Source of the DNA: Patescibacteria group bacterium
GTDB taxonomy: Bacteria; Patescibacteriota; Minisyncoccia; UBA6257; GWB1-50-10
Length of the DNA stretch: 64,000 nucleotides
Assembly: GCA_024239035.1 (NCBI GenBank)
Contig: JANBVK010000001.1
Location: 338,115-402,114 of the forward strand
Reading direction: 5' to 3'
The notes under the pieces are model-generated. The model had not been told where the DNA came from and did no database searches. It worked only from the letters and a program-made list of their open reading frames with translations. A program made the translations under genes and the position numbers. Positions within the stretch are counted from its first letter, which is position 1. Every line of letters starts with the position of its first letter. Shown here piece by piece: positions 1-10,207 of the stretch.

Positions 1-154
1 CTTGGGAAAAGTATCAGGCTCGTCCCCAAATATGATAATATGCGACACAATTAAAGGTCACGGTTGGAAGAGGGCAGAAAACAACAATCTCTATCACTAT
101 AAAGCTCCTTCAAAAGAAGAATACGAAGAAGCTTTATCTGAACTAAATGGCTGA
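1..154 (+). CDS. transketolase N-terminal subunit (3' partial, extends past the window start)
   Basis: Frame ending at TGA 152-154 translates to ...ICDTIKGHGWKRAENNNLYHYKAPSKEEYEEALSELNG. This matches the C-terminal end of split-transketolase N-terminal sections. Its stop overlaps the start of the next ORF (ATGGCTGA). Confidence 0.55.
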   Translation, partial: LGKVSGSSPNMIICDTIKGHGWKRAENNNLYHYKAPSKEEYEEALSELNG

Positions 155-653
155 AATAATTCAGAAACTGGATAATCGGAGGATATTCATTGATACTCTT
201 TGTGAATTGGCAGAGAAAGACAAGGGTATAGTCTTTATAATTCCGGACGTCGGCTTCAATTATGCAGAGAAATTCCAAAAATTATACCCAGGAAGATTTT
301 TCAACCTCGGCGTTACAGAACAAAGTTCAATGATAATTGCTTCGGCCTTGGCGCTTTCAGGTTTCAAGCCTTATATTTACTCTATGATTAATTTTGTTAC
401 CTTTAGAGTTCATGAAATGGTAAGAAATGCTATTTGTATGCACGGGGCAAATGTAAAAATTCTGGGCGTTAAAGGAAGTGAGAAATACGCTTTTTTGGGT
501 TTCAGTCACAACCTTCTACACGAAAACGAAGAGATAGATTTCTTGAACAAATTGCCCGGCATGAGCACCTACGTTCCGATAGATCCGCAAGAAACCAGAG
601 AAGTCATATTAAAAACTTACCAAGACCCCAACCCAGCCTATATAAGGTTATAA
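147..653 (+). CDS. transketolase C-terminal subunit (split transketolase)
   Basis: 168 aa, MAEIIQKLDNRRIFIDTLCELAEKDKGIVFIIPDVGFNY...GVTEQSSMIIASALALSGFKPY. Typical pyrimidine-binding/C-terminal transketolase section. Confidence 0.7.
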   Translation: MAEIIQKLDNRRIFIDTLCELAEKDKGIVFIIPDVGFNYAEKFQKLYPGRFFNLGVTEQSSMIIASALALSGFKPYIYSMINFVTFRVHEMVRNAICMHGANVKILGVKGSEKYAFLGFSHNLLHENEEIDFLNKLPGMSTYVPIDPQETREVILKTYQDPNPAYIRL

Positions 654-657
654 GAAT

Positions 658-1827
658 ATGGAATATAAAGTTAGATTCGCAAATCCGCAAAAGCAATATG
701 CCGACCACCGCGATGAATTTCTGAAAGTCTTTGATGAGACGCTCTCGCGAGGCGCAATCGTAAACCGTGAAGAGCTCTGGAAATTCGAAGAAGATTTTGC
801 CAAATTTGCCGGCACGAAATACGCTGTTGGCGTAAACTCAGGTACCTCAGCGCTTGATATCGCCTTTCAGGCGGCTGGAATCGGCCCCGGAGACGAAGTA
901 ATCACCGTTGCCCACACTTTTATTGCAAGTGTTTCCACGGTATATCTTACTGGCGCAAAACCGGTTTTGATTGACGTTGGCAAGGATTTCAATATGGACG
1001 TAAAACTCATTGAAAAAGCGCTAACTCCAAAAACCAAAGCAATTGAACCGGTTCACTTAAATGGCCGGCTTTGCGACATGGAAGCAATAATGGACGTAGC
1101 CAAACGCAAAGGACTTACGGTGATTGAGGATGCGGCACAAGCTTTGGGAGCGACAATGAAAATGGCCGACGGCCCGGTGAAGCGCGCTGGTACATTCGGT
1201 TTGGTCGGCTGTTTTTCCCTTTATTTCGCTAAAACCATGGGCGGCTTCGGTAACAACGGAATAGCAATAACCAACGACGAAGAAATAGCTCAAAAAATGA
1301 AACTTATGCGCTACAATGGGGAGGATCGGGAAAGCCGCAAATTCTACTATCACGCTCATAATTTCCTAATGGATAATGTTCACGCCGCACTTCTTAACAT
1401 TAAACTCAAACATCTGCCTGATTGGCTAAAACAGAGAAAGGAAATCGCTGAAAAATATCGTGAAGGATTTAGTACTCTATCACGGGTTTCACTTCCGCAT
1501 TTTGACGACCCCCGTTTCTCCGATGTTTACACCAATTATGTAATTCGTGCCGAACGCCGCGACGAACTTAAAAAACATCTTGAAGAACGAGGGATTGAAA
1601 CTCTAATTTCATGGGAAATCCCTATATATGAAGAGCCTGTTTTCGCGGAGCCGAAATTTAATAAAGGTTTTGGAACACCAAAACTCATAAGCGAGGGGGG
1701 TGAGTCAAACAAACTCCCCGAAACTGAAAAAATATGTGAAGAGGTGATCTCTCTACCAATGTATCCCGAGTTGACAGAGAGCCAAATTAATTATACTGTG
1801 AAAGCGGTTCGTGAATTCTATAACTAA
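658..1827 (+). CDS. DegT/DnrJ/EryC1/StrS-family PLP-dependent sugar aminotransferase
   Basis: 389 aa with the family's conserved segments (GVNSGTSALDIAF, SLYFAKTMGG). Confidence 0.85.
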   Translation: MEYKVRFANPQKQYADHRDEFLKVFDETLSRGAIVNREELWKFEEDFAKFAGTKYAVGVNSGTSALDIAFQAAGIGPGDEVITVAHTFIASVSTVYLTGAKPVLIDVGKDFNMDVKLIEKALTPKTKAIEPVHLNGRLCDMEAIMDVAKRKGLTVIEDAAQALGATMKMADGPVKRAGTFGLVGCFSLYFAKTMGGFGNNGIAITNDEEIAQKMKLMRYNGEDRESRKFYYHAHNFLMDNVHAALLNIKLKHLPDWLKQRKEIAEKYREGFSTLSRVSLPHFDDPRFSDVYTNYVIRAERRDELKKHLEERGIETLISWEIPIYEEPVFAEPKFNKGFGTPKLISEGGESNKLPETEKICEEVISLPMYPELTESQINYTVKAVREFYN

Positions 1828-3673
1828 CTTTTTAGGGCGGCAAAAAGTAATCCTTTTTGCGCTTACCGACGTATTTTTCGTCGCCCTCAGTTTAATATTG
1901 GCGTTTCTTTTAAGGTTTGACGGCGTACTGCCCCTTGAATATCAGGGGAGATTTTTATTGTACGTCGTGATCCTTGCCGCGCTAAACGTTTTCTTTCTTT
2001 TCAGACAACGTCTTTACTCGTTTGCGTGGGAGTTCGTGAGTCTCCGGGAACTTGCAAAACTCTTAAAAGCGATCACCTTTGCCAGTACGGTTTTTGCTCT
2101 TATCGTCTTTTTGGGACTCGGAAACACCGAGCTTTTTGCGGGATTCCCTCGCTCAGTAATATTTATTAACTACGCGCTGAATTTAATTTTTATCGGCAGC
2201 GTCAGAATTGCAAAACGAACGTGGCAAGAGGTGGTAAAGAAACAGCCTGTGTCTCAAGCGCCGCGAGCCCTCATTGTCGGGGCAGACGTTGAGGGAGAAA
2301 GACTCATCCGCAATTTAGTCAACACAACAAAAAGCTATCCTTTTATGCCTATAGGCATTGTTGACCACCGAAAAGAAAAAGTTGGTACGAAAATCCACGA
2401 TATAGAAGTAATGGGCACCATTGAAGATATCCCTAAATCTGTTCGCGATCATAATGTGGAATACGTCATCATTTCCCTTGCTTCTGCCGACGCCCATGTA
2501 ATTCGTGAAGCGGTAAAGCAGGCCCGGGAAGCCAACGTCAAGCATATAAGAATTATTCCCGACACTCATGAGTTACTTTCAGGCCGAGTAACCTTGACCG
2601 ACCTGAGAGAAATACAAATTGAGGATCTCCTCGGCCGGAACCCGGCTCACATCGAAACAGAGAAAATAAGCGAGTTTATTCGCGGTAAAGTTGTGATGAT
2701 AACCGGTGCGGCAGGATCAATCGGTAGAGAACTAGCCCGCCAAGCCGCCGCTTTCGAACCAACTAGTCTCGTCTTGGTTGATTTTAATGAAAGCGATCTC
2801 TATGATCTCCACGCTGAACTTTCGAGTACTCTCTCTCACGAACATCTGAAACCAGTTATTGCAAATATCAACAACCGAGGAAAAATATTTACTCTTGTAA
2901 AAGAATTCAAACCCCACATCATCTTCCACGCCGCTGCCTACAAGCACGTGCCGCTTATGGAAGAATTTCCAGATGAGGCAGTGGAGACTAACATTTTTGG
3001 GACTCTAAACGTCGCCGAAGCCGCACTTGAAGCAAACGTTCATAAGTTTGTTCTCGTCTCAACAGACAAAGCGATTCGCCCCGTCTCCGTGATGGGTAAA
3101 ACAAAACGAGTCGCTGAACTTATCGTCCAAGAACTAAACGAACAGGCCAAAACAAAATTTGTATCTGTCCGATTTGGTAACGTCATTGGTTCTCGCGGCA
3201 GCGTCGTGCCGCTCTTTAAAGAACAGATTAAACGCCGGGCGCCTATTACCATCACTCATCCCGATATGACGCGGTACTTTATGACTATTCAAGAAGCTGC
3301 CCTCCTTGTGATGGAGGCGGGTGCAGTTGGCGGGGGAGGAGAAATTTTTATGCTCGATATGGGAAAACCGGTTAAAATAGAGGATCTTGCCAAAGAAATG
3401 ATCCGTCTTGCCGGCCTAAGACCCGACGTTGACATCCCTCTTGTTTTTACCGGTATTCGCCCCGGTGAAAAGATTTTTGAAGAAATATTTAGCGCTGACG
3501 AAAAGCAGGTTGGCAAAACCCAATGGGATAAAATATTTATTACAAAAAACAACTACCCAAACAATTCCGCCCCGAACAAAGAAAGGTTAGCTGCTCTCAA
3601 AGAATCTCTTATAAACCCTTCTCAATCGATAGAGAGAGCCCTCGATAGGTTCTCAGAACCTAAAGAGAATTGA
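1811..3673 (+). CDS. polysaccharide biosynthesis protein CapD/PglF-like NDP-sugar 4,6-dehydratase (membrane N-terminus plus NAD-binding domain)
   Basis: 620 aa. N-terminal TM helices, Rossmann motif ITGAAGSIGRELARQ, SDR-extended core. Confidence 0.85.
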   Translation: MNSITNFLGRQKVILFALTDVFFVALSLILAFLLRFDGVLPLEYQGRFLLYVVILAALNVFFLFRQRLYSFAWEFVSLRELAKLLKAITFASTVFALIVFLGLGNTELFAGFPRSVIFINYALNLIFIGSVRIAKRTWQEVVKKQPVSQAPRALIVGADVEGERLIRNLVNTTKSYPFMPIGIVDHRKEKVGTKIHDIEVMGTIEDIPKSVRDHNVEYVIISLASADAHVIREAVKQAREANVKHIRIIPDTHELLSGRVTLTDLREIQIEDLLGRNPAHIETEKISEFIRGKVVMITGAAGSIGRELARQAAAFEPTSLVLVDFNESDLYDLHAELSSTLSHEHLKPVIANINNRGKIFTLVKEFKPHIIFHAAAYKHVPLMEEFPDEAVETNIFGTLNVAEAALEANVHKFVLVSTDKAIRPVSVMGKTKRVAELIVQELNEQAKTKFVSVRFGNVIGSRGSVVPLFKEQIKRRAPITITHPDMTRYFMTIQEAALLVMEAGAVGGGGEIFMLDMGKPVKIEDLAKEMIRLAGLRPDVDIPLVFTGIRPGEKIFEEIFSADEKQVGKTQWDKIFITKNNYPNNSAPNKERLAALKESLINPSQSIERALDRFSEPKEN

Positions 3674-6104
3674 GAATCTCCCAATTCTCTTTTTCCGCTA
3701 AATCAATAATAATGTCCATGTCGGTCTCGAGTGTAGGATCAAGTGCTTTTAGCTTTTGGGCATTGCGGATAATACTCTCTTTGTCTTGCAGGATGCGGTA
3801 AATCGTTAATGCGTCGTAGTAGTAATCTATCTGACTCGGGTGAAATGAAATAAGAACCTCCAAGACATCTGCAAATTTATCAGTCTTTCCCCAGGTCTTG
3901 TAGAGAATTAACATATTCTTCAAGTCACTCTCAAGAAAGAGGTAATATTGCGTGCTGGTTGGATCAGAACCCACGTACAGCTCGGGCGAACCGAGCCGGT
4001 TTCTACCCAACCGACGGGTGACATCAAGTTCTTTCTCGGCTTCCTCACGGTAGACAACTTGAAGCGGCGTCCCTTTGTTCTTATCTGAATCAGCAGCAAG
4101 AGCAAGCACTATACCAAGCTGGTAGTGCGATTTAGCTAAACGATCGTCCAGCGCGGCTGTACTCCTGGCGAGCTCAATTGACTCGTCGTACCGTTCTTCC
4201 CCCGCCAAAACAAAAGCTAATTGATAGAGAAGGCCCTGACGTTGCGGCGAGAGTTCAAGAGCCTCTTTTATAAACATCTCACTTTTTGGAAATACTGCGG
4301 AATCATCCTTCGCTCGCTCATTGTACGACTCAACAAGGCGGGTGAAATTACGCGGTTCGTAGGGTTCTTTTTTAACTACTTCTTCCAGGGCGCCGAGCGC
4401 CTTATCAACGAGCGGTTCAAACTTCTCTTCATTGATAACATTGTTATTGTATAGCACCTCTATAAACTGGGCTCGTATTTCCATCTGCGCAAATGTATAG
4501 GGAAAAAGGAACGAATCGGATGCGGCAAGTATCTTCTCACCTACCCTTAGATCAAGCGTTCCAAAAAATCTAGTCGTCTGCCGCCACGGCACAATGTTAT
4601 ACGCATAAAGTGTGTATGTTACTACTATAATGATGATGACGGCAGAGAACACTTTTAATAGATATGATTTTGGTGGTGGGATACTACTGGGTTGTTCTTC
4701 TCCACTGAAACGCTTATCCATAAATGCCACCATCATTCCGAGTGAAGCAAAAAACGGTATGTAGGAAGTAACCTGATCAAACACAAATAGGTTCTGAACA
4801 AAGTATGCAACAAGAACTGCCCCAAAAGAGACTAGAAAACCAAACGGGTACAATCCGGACCTTCCGTATTTTCTGCTTATAAGAAAATAAAAAAGAACCG
4901 CAAATATGCTAAGGTAGGCCGCAACACCAACTATACCCTGCATCACGGCGACATCAGCGAGGCGGTTGTGAGCCCTATCAAACCAATCCTCTGCATAAAA
5001 AGCGTAGGCAGGATCGTAGTGTTTGTTATAGGCGACGTTGTAATTTTCAAGTCCCCATCCTAAAATTGGCTTCTCTTTAAACGCATCCCAACTTACCCCA
5101 AGAGCAATAAGCCGTGTAGCGACCGATGGATTCTCCAAAGAAACCGTTGCCGCTCTCTCGACTCCGGGAATAGACTGCCACACAGGAGCGCTGCGCGTCA
5201 TCCAGAAAACAACCACTCCAGCCAAGAGCACAACAAGCAATCCAAAGCTTACCCAACGCAACTTGATACTCTTGAAAAATAGATACAATAATAGGAAAAG
5301 AACACCCGACAACAGACCAAGCAACGCCCCGCGGATAGCAGTGATAAAAATCGTGAGAACCGCAACCACAGTAAAAATTGCCGTTCCGTACCGCCAGAAA
5401 CTTTTTTTAGGAGAGAAAAAGAAAACAAAAGCTGCCGCCCCAAGAGAAATAATAATTGAACTTGCCAGAAAAGCAGCATTACCGGTAAACGACCCCGGCT
5501 GTGATGAAGAACCAATGAGATTTACAAACTGCCTCAGACGGTCACCGCTGAAAATCAAAGACAGCATCCCCCCTGCCAATCCTAGATACTGTATCCACGC
5601 CCATATCATCAGTAGAAACACTGTCACAAGCATAAATTTTGCAAACTTAAGCCACTCATGTCTATTAAACACAAGAAGTCCCATCACAAAAAACAATCCA
5701 AAGTGCAGAAGACCAAAAAAACCTTCTCCCCGCTCAAGCGTCCCGAAGAACGCCCGATAAGCATTGGGCGCCAAGATACTACTAAGAAGCGCAGAGATAA
5801 AAAATACCCCCACCGCGATAACGAGAGGATTACGAATAAGTGCTCGGAATCGTCTGTGTAATTCATTAACATCCTCACCCTCCCTCCGGTAGAGAATCAT
5901 AAGGTAATAGACGGCAAGTAAAACCGCGGCGAGTTCTATTAGAACTCTGTAAAAAACCGCCTTACCAAATACGAGTGGGAAAAGCGAACCAGGAGTAACA
6001 ATGAGAAGAGCTAAAACGCTAAGGAAGAGTAATCCTTTTACCAGCCTTAGTACAATCTTGGAATTCATGACACTCATTGTAATCATTCCTATAATTCTAT
6101 GCAA
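3660..6104 (-). CDS. O-antigen ligase/polymerase-like polytopic membrane protein fused to C-terminal TPR repeats
   Basis: 814 aa. More than 10 TM helices in the N-terminal 480 aa (Wzy_C-like), then a soluble TPR-like repeat region. Confidence 0.55.
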   Translation of the reverse strand: MHRIIGMITMSVMNSKIVLRLVKGLLFLSVLALLIVTPGSLFPLVFGKAVFYRVLIELAAVLLAVYYLMILYRREGEDVNELHRRFRALIRNPLVIAVGVFFISALLSSILAPNAYRAFFGTLERGEGFFGLLHFGLFFVMGLLVFNRHEWLKFAKFMLVTVFLLMIWAWIQYLGLAGGMLSLIFSGDRLRQFVNLIGSSSQPGSFTGNAAFLASSIIISLGAAAFVFFFSPKKSFWRYGTAIFTVVAVLTIFITAIRGALLGLLSGVLFLLLYLFFKSIKLRWVSFGLLVVLLAGVVVFWMTRSAPVWQSIPGVERAATVSLENPSVATRLIALGVSWDAFKEKPILGWGLENYNVAYNKHYDPAYAFYAEDWFDRAHNRLADVAVMQGIVGVAAYLSIFAVLFYFLISRKYGRSGLYPFGFLVSFGAVLVAYFVQNLFVFDQVTSYIPFFASLGMMVAFMDKRFSGEEQPSSIPPPKSYLLKVFSAVIIIIVVTYTLYAYNIVPWRQTTRFFGTLDLRVGEKILAASDSFLFPYTFAQMEIRAQFIEVLYNNNVINEEKFEPLVDKALGALEEVVKKEPYEPRNFTRLVESYNERAKDDSAVFPKSEMFIKEALELSPQRQGLLYQLAFVLAGEERYDESIELARSTAALDDRLAKSHYQLGIVLALAADSDKNKGTPLQVVYREEAEKELDVTRRLGRNRLGSPELYVGSDPTSTQYYLFLESDLKNMLILYKTWGKTDKFADVLEVLISFHPSQIDYYYDALTIYRILQDKESIIRNAQKLKALDPTLETDMDIIIDLAEKENWEILNSL

Positions 6105-6169
6105 ACAAAAAACCGCCGGATGGGCGGTTTTTTGTGCACTCAGCGCAATTTCTAGAATTACCAGAATTA

Positions 6170-9100
6170 CTAGTTAGACAGCGAGAACGTGTCAGACGGG
6201 AAGGTATCAACAAAGACACCGTTTGCCCAGTCTGTCGTCAGAAGCGTGTGTCCAACCGCTGAATTATCCGACCAGACAAATCCGCTGTCATCAGCGTCAA
6301 CCACTCCATCAACTGCCGTAGCACCTGAACCAGCAGCTACTAGGAAAGCAACGCCTTTTGCGATGCTCACTGAACTAGTATCCTGCCGCAAAACCAATTG
6401 CGTGGAAATATTATCACTGGTATCAGTGGTAATGCTTCCCATACTGATCCTGTACTGGCGAGATCCGCCACCGGCAATCTGCTCTTCGCTGGAGAGGTAC
6501 AACGATATGTTCATCGACGTTGCGCTATCCGCAGCTGATGTCGCCGTAGTACCAATCGTGAGATTAACGCTGTTAGTCAAGTCACGAAGGGTAACTGTTA
6601 ACGTACCACTACTAGCAGGCAGTGTCGCGCCGGCCGCGCTCACTTTAAAGCTCACCACTCCCCACGAGAGCTGCTCGTTGGAAGTTTTGTTTACAACAGT
6701 GAACTTAATGAGGTCGTTAGTTCCGCCAACAAGTGCCGAAGTGCCGGGTGTCTGAACGGTGATCTCTGGGTAGGTCTCGTAGTAGACTTTTTGTTTACCC
6801 AACGCACCTGGACTCAGCGTCGATACTGTTGAAGCGGCACCGGTTGCCTCAAAGCCAGTTTCCCTGACATGGACGTAGATGCTCCTTCCGGATGTTCCAC
6901 CTCCCGTTCCAACGGTAGGATTGAGATCAGCCTTTACGGTAAGCGTCTTGGTTGTATCTTTCGGAATCAACCAACCCAGGTCCTCAATGGTGACCTCGCC
7001 TGCCGAGCTACCTGAACCAATCGGGACATACCCTGAAGTTGAACCTATCAAGTTTGTACCGTCGTAGAGGTAGACCGCAGAAACCTCAGCCGTTGAGGTT
7101 GCCGCCGCAGCCGTGGATGAATCATTGTTAACCAAGAGTTTGAGGTCTTGGATTGTCAACGATTCGTTGGTTGCGGTGAACCGGAACTTGCTGAAGATCG
7201 TCTTGTTCCCGCCAGCTGCAACGATGGTTGCTTTGCTCTCGGAATCATCCGGAGCAGTCGCAACGGTCACAGAGCCGGCGTTCAAGATAGTGATTTTCAC
7301 ACCAGCTTCCACATTCAGAAAATCAGAGCCGCTGTAAGCGGGCTCATTACCCTCCGTGTCAACGGCGACAATGTCAACACCGGTTGTATCTGCAACATTT
7401 ACAATAGCAAGCGCGTACTCATTATTGAAGGTTGCTGAAGACGAAAGGTTAACCTTTACAACAAGTACTTTCTGGGCACCTTTCGGAATTATGAACTCAA
7501 GGTTGTCAAACGTAGCCGTCGCGGGCGCAGAAGAGCCCGTCAAGGCCTCAGTTGCCCCGATCTGTGTCGTACCGTCAAAAAGCTTCAAGCTTAACATGTC
7601 GGCTTTCTGCTGGGCAAGCGTACCGCTCGCAGCAGATGCCGAAATCTTAATGGTTGTCACTTTAATCTGGTCCGAAGTTGCCCGCAAACCGATGCCAATA
7701 AGAGGAACATCAGTTGACCCCTTCACAAAGCTGTCAGATACCGGCAAACCGGCCAAGCTCACATCCAAAGTCGGGGCTTTCACCGTCAACGTATTGCCGG
7801 GGATAACCGCATCTGGCACCACCTCCGTAGTGGTTAAGAACTGGTTGTTATCCAGGTTCTTAAGATCGCTTGTAAGCGTAAAGGCGTTCAAATCAACTTT
7901 AATGGTCTCGAGGTCCAACCAGTTCGTGTCAGTGTCACCTGTTATATTAAGGTGCCTGGTCTGACCCGCATTAATGGTAAAGACGTCAGAGAGAACAACG
8001 GTTCCAGTAGCATCATCTACCGGGCCCGCGATCACAAAGCCACTATCAACATCAACCACCTTGAAGTCATCAACACCTGCTTGGGTCGTTGAAGCGGTAA
8101 CCGTGAAACGGATGTTCCGCACCTCAAGATTAACATTGGAGTGCATTGTGAAGTCGTAGAGCACTACGTCTTTCAGGTTCTTTGCAACGTCTCCTGTGTT
8201 CGGACCGCCGAAGGCAATGGTAAGTGTCCCTCCTTGCAGGGTCAAAACGTGGTGATTAGACGCAGTGGAGTTAAAGTTGTTTGTCACACTGACCCCGTGA
8301 CCGAACTGCTGACCAATACCAAAGATGTCGGACTTCTCCTCAACGTAGATCTTAATGGTTTCATCCTTTTTGGCGTTGCCAACATCGGCAGTAATCTTAA
8401 GAGTTTCGTTGTCTCCCTTAAGGACCTTAAGGGGAGTCGAAAGCTCAAAGATTATCAAGTCATCGGTGTTTATCGAAGCAACGGTAGCAAGAGTATTTCC
8501 AGCTACGTCTTTCAAGACGAAGTTAGAGATATTTGACTTAGAAATAGTTCCTGCGTAGAAAAGCGCGATACGCTCCACCTCCACATCCTCGGTAGCTGCC
8601 GAGAGACGGAACTGTGAAACGTTCGCTCCTACCTGACCGATACTCGGATTAGACAAACTACCTGTTTTTGCCGCGGTAAGCGAACCAGCCGTTGAGCCCG
8701 AGACATTCATCTCGTTGCCCCGTGTTGGGATACCGGACACGCTCGCATCTGCGGTAACAGCAACCACCTCAAACGAGTGGCGGTTTGCAGCAGCAGCAGT
8801 TGATGACATATCAGCTACAACCGTGAGCGTCTTCACGCCGCTTACTGCCAAGTTAAGGTTAGTAAACGTTGATTCGTGAGAGGACGAATTCACTGAACGA
8901 CCCGAAGTGAGCCGTGTCACGCCATCGTAGAGATACACGTTGTCAAAGTCGGTGGTTGCACCGGCTCCCACGCGTCTCACTACAATAGTTTGAACTGTCC
9001 CGCTTCCTGCAAGGTTAAACTTCAGGAAGGGAACGTTTGCCGCTCCTTTCGGAAGTGACGTACCCAATTGTGTGTCAGATGCCAAGCTCACGGCTAAACC

Positions 9101-9577
9101 AGTAGCCGGAACAGGCACACCGGGCACACTAGGAACTCCGGGGGTTGCCCCGACAACAGCCGTGTACTTAGCCTGAGAAACACTATTCGCAGCCTGCCAT
9201 TTCGCGACAGCACCTCTGGTCAAAGGACCAAAGTAGCTTGTCTCGTTTCCTGGCGAACCAACTCCGCTTGCAGCGAGTGTGTTACCGGTTGCATTGAGGT
9301 ATTGCTGTAAACACTTTACGTCATCACCTGTTGCTCCCAATGTGAGGCTTCGGGAAAACGAACAGGATGCAGACATAGCACCACCTCCTTGCAAAACGGC
9401 TAAACTCGCTTGCAATTGAGAAATGGTAGCCAACAGAGCATTAATTTGAGCTGTAAGATCAGCTATTGATTGAGCTGAAGTTACAGGTATAGGGACGAGA
9501 AGAGAAGCTCCGGTGAGCCACACTGCCGTTGTGACAGAGAGACCGACCGCAGCAACTTTTTTCGTTAATTTACTCAT
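6170..9577 (-). CDS. giant secreted/surface protein with a peptidoglycan-binding-like domain and a long T/S/V/G-rich beta-repeat region
   Basis: 1135 aa. N-terminal signal/TM, coiled-coil QINALLATISQLQASL, PG_binding_1-like LTLGATGDDVKCLQQYLN...GPLTRGAVAKWQ. Downstream is a low-complexity Thr/Ser/Val/Gly-rich region typical of adhesin or S-layer proteins. Confidence 0.5.
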   Translation of the reverse strand: MSKLTKKVAAVGLSVTTAVWLTGASLLVPIPVTSAQSIADLTAQINALLATISQLQASLAVLQGGGAMSASCSFSRSLTLGATGDDVKCLQQYLNATGNTLAASGVGSPGNETSYFGPLTRGAVAKWQAANSVSQAKYTAVVGATPGVPSVPGVPVPATGLAVSLASDTQLGTSLPKGAANVPFLKFNLAGSGTVQTIVVRRVGAGATTDFDNVYLYDGVTRLTSGRSVNSSSHESTFTNLNLAVSGVKTLTVVADMSSTAAAANRHSFEVVAVTADASVSGIPTRGNEMNVSGSTAGSLTAAKTGSLSNPSIGQVGANVSQFRLSAATEDVEVERIALFYAGTISKSNISNFVLKDVAGNTLATVASINTDDLIIFELSTPLKVLKGDNETLKITADVGNAKKDETIKIYVEEKSDIFGIGQQFGHGVSVTNNFNSTASNHHVLTLQGGTLTIAFGGPNTGDVAKNLKDVVLYDFTMHSNVNLEVRNIRFTVTASTTQAGVDDFKVVDVDSGFVIAGPVDDATGTVVLSDVFTINAGQTRHLNITGDTDTNWLDLETIKVDLNAFTLTSDLKNLDNNQFLTTTEVVPDAVIPGNTLTVKAPTLDVSLAGLPVSDSFVKGSTDVPLIGIGLRATSDQIKVTTIKISASAASGTLAQQKADMLSLKLFDGTTQIGATEALTGSSAPATATFDNLEFIIPKGAQKVLVVKVNLSSSATFNNEYALAIVNVADTTGVDIVAVDTEGNEPAYSGSDFLNVEAGVKITILNAGSVTVATAPDDSESKATIVAAGGNKTIFSKFRFTATNESLTIQDLKLLVNNDSSTAAAATSTAEVSAVYLYDGTNLIGSTSGYVPIGSGSSAGEVTIEDLGWLIPKDTTKTLTVKADLNPTVGTGGGTSGRSIYVHVRETGFEATGAASTVSTLSPGALGKQKVYYETYPEITVQTPGTSALVGGTNDLIKFTVVNKTSNEQLSWGVVSFKVSAAGATLPASSGTLTVTLRDLTNSVNLTIGTTATSAADSATSMNISLYLSSEEQIAGGGSRQYRISMGSITTDTSDNISTQLVLRQDTSSVSIAKGVAFLVAAGSGATAVDGVVDADDSGFVWSDNSAVGHTLLTTDWANGVFVDTFPSDTFSLSN

Positions 9578-10207
9578 TTATTTTTCTATTTTTTTATCAG
9601 TTTCAACCTAAATTTATTAAATTTAGAGTCGTCGACCTTTTTTTCTGGAACATTACTCCTCATCCTCGACCACCGCTAACATATAGTGAGGATTTGCAAC
9701 GGAAAGACGGGAAGTAACGGTTAATATCTTTAAAATTTAACAAAAAAGCCCGCTTTTTAGAGCGAGACAAAAACTAGCTTTTAGGCGCTAATAACTAACA
9801 CCCAAAAGCCAATTCACGAAGCTTAGCCTCACTCTAAGCCTATTACCAAACTATTATACACTAGTCGCGTGCTTGTTAAGAAAAGAGCTGTGGATAACTC
9901 TGGTTTCTTTTGGCTTTACGTATATAACGAATGTATCTCCCTCACGTTACTTCCTTTCTTAGTTTTTGAAAGGATCTTGGAGGAACTTGCTTATACTCTC
10001 GCTCAAACCCTCATTATTTGAGTCAAAACATCCAGGTTTGAATCCCGGTGGCGGCACAAGTGAAAAAACATTCAAAAGTTGGTGATCGGTCGGGAAATCA
10101 AACAAGGAAAGGGTCGGGACATGGATGATATTTTAGAGAAACCTTATTTATGAATGATATAATAAAGATATAAAGGTCGAATTAAAAATTGGAAACGCTC
10201 AAATATT

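Noticed and set aside
6189-8558. Several + strand ORFs of 60-200 aa (6189-6755, 7356-7964, 8141-8536 and others) inside the 6170-9577 minus-strand gene
   Set aside because: They are shadow ORFs created by the Thr/Ser/Gly/Val-rich codon composition of the giant surface-protein gene. They have no start context or domains and are fully nested antisense.
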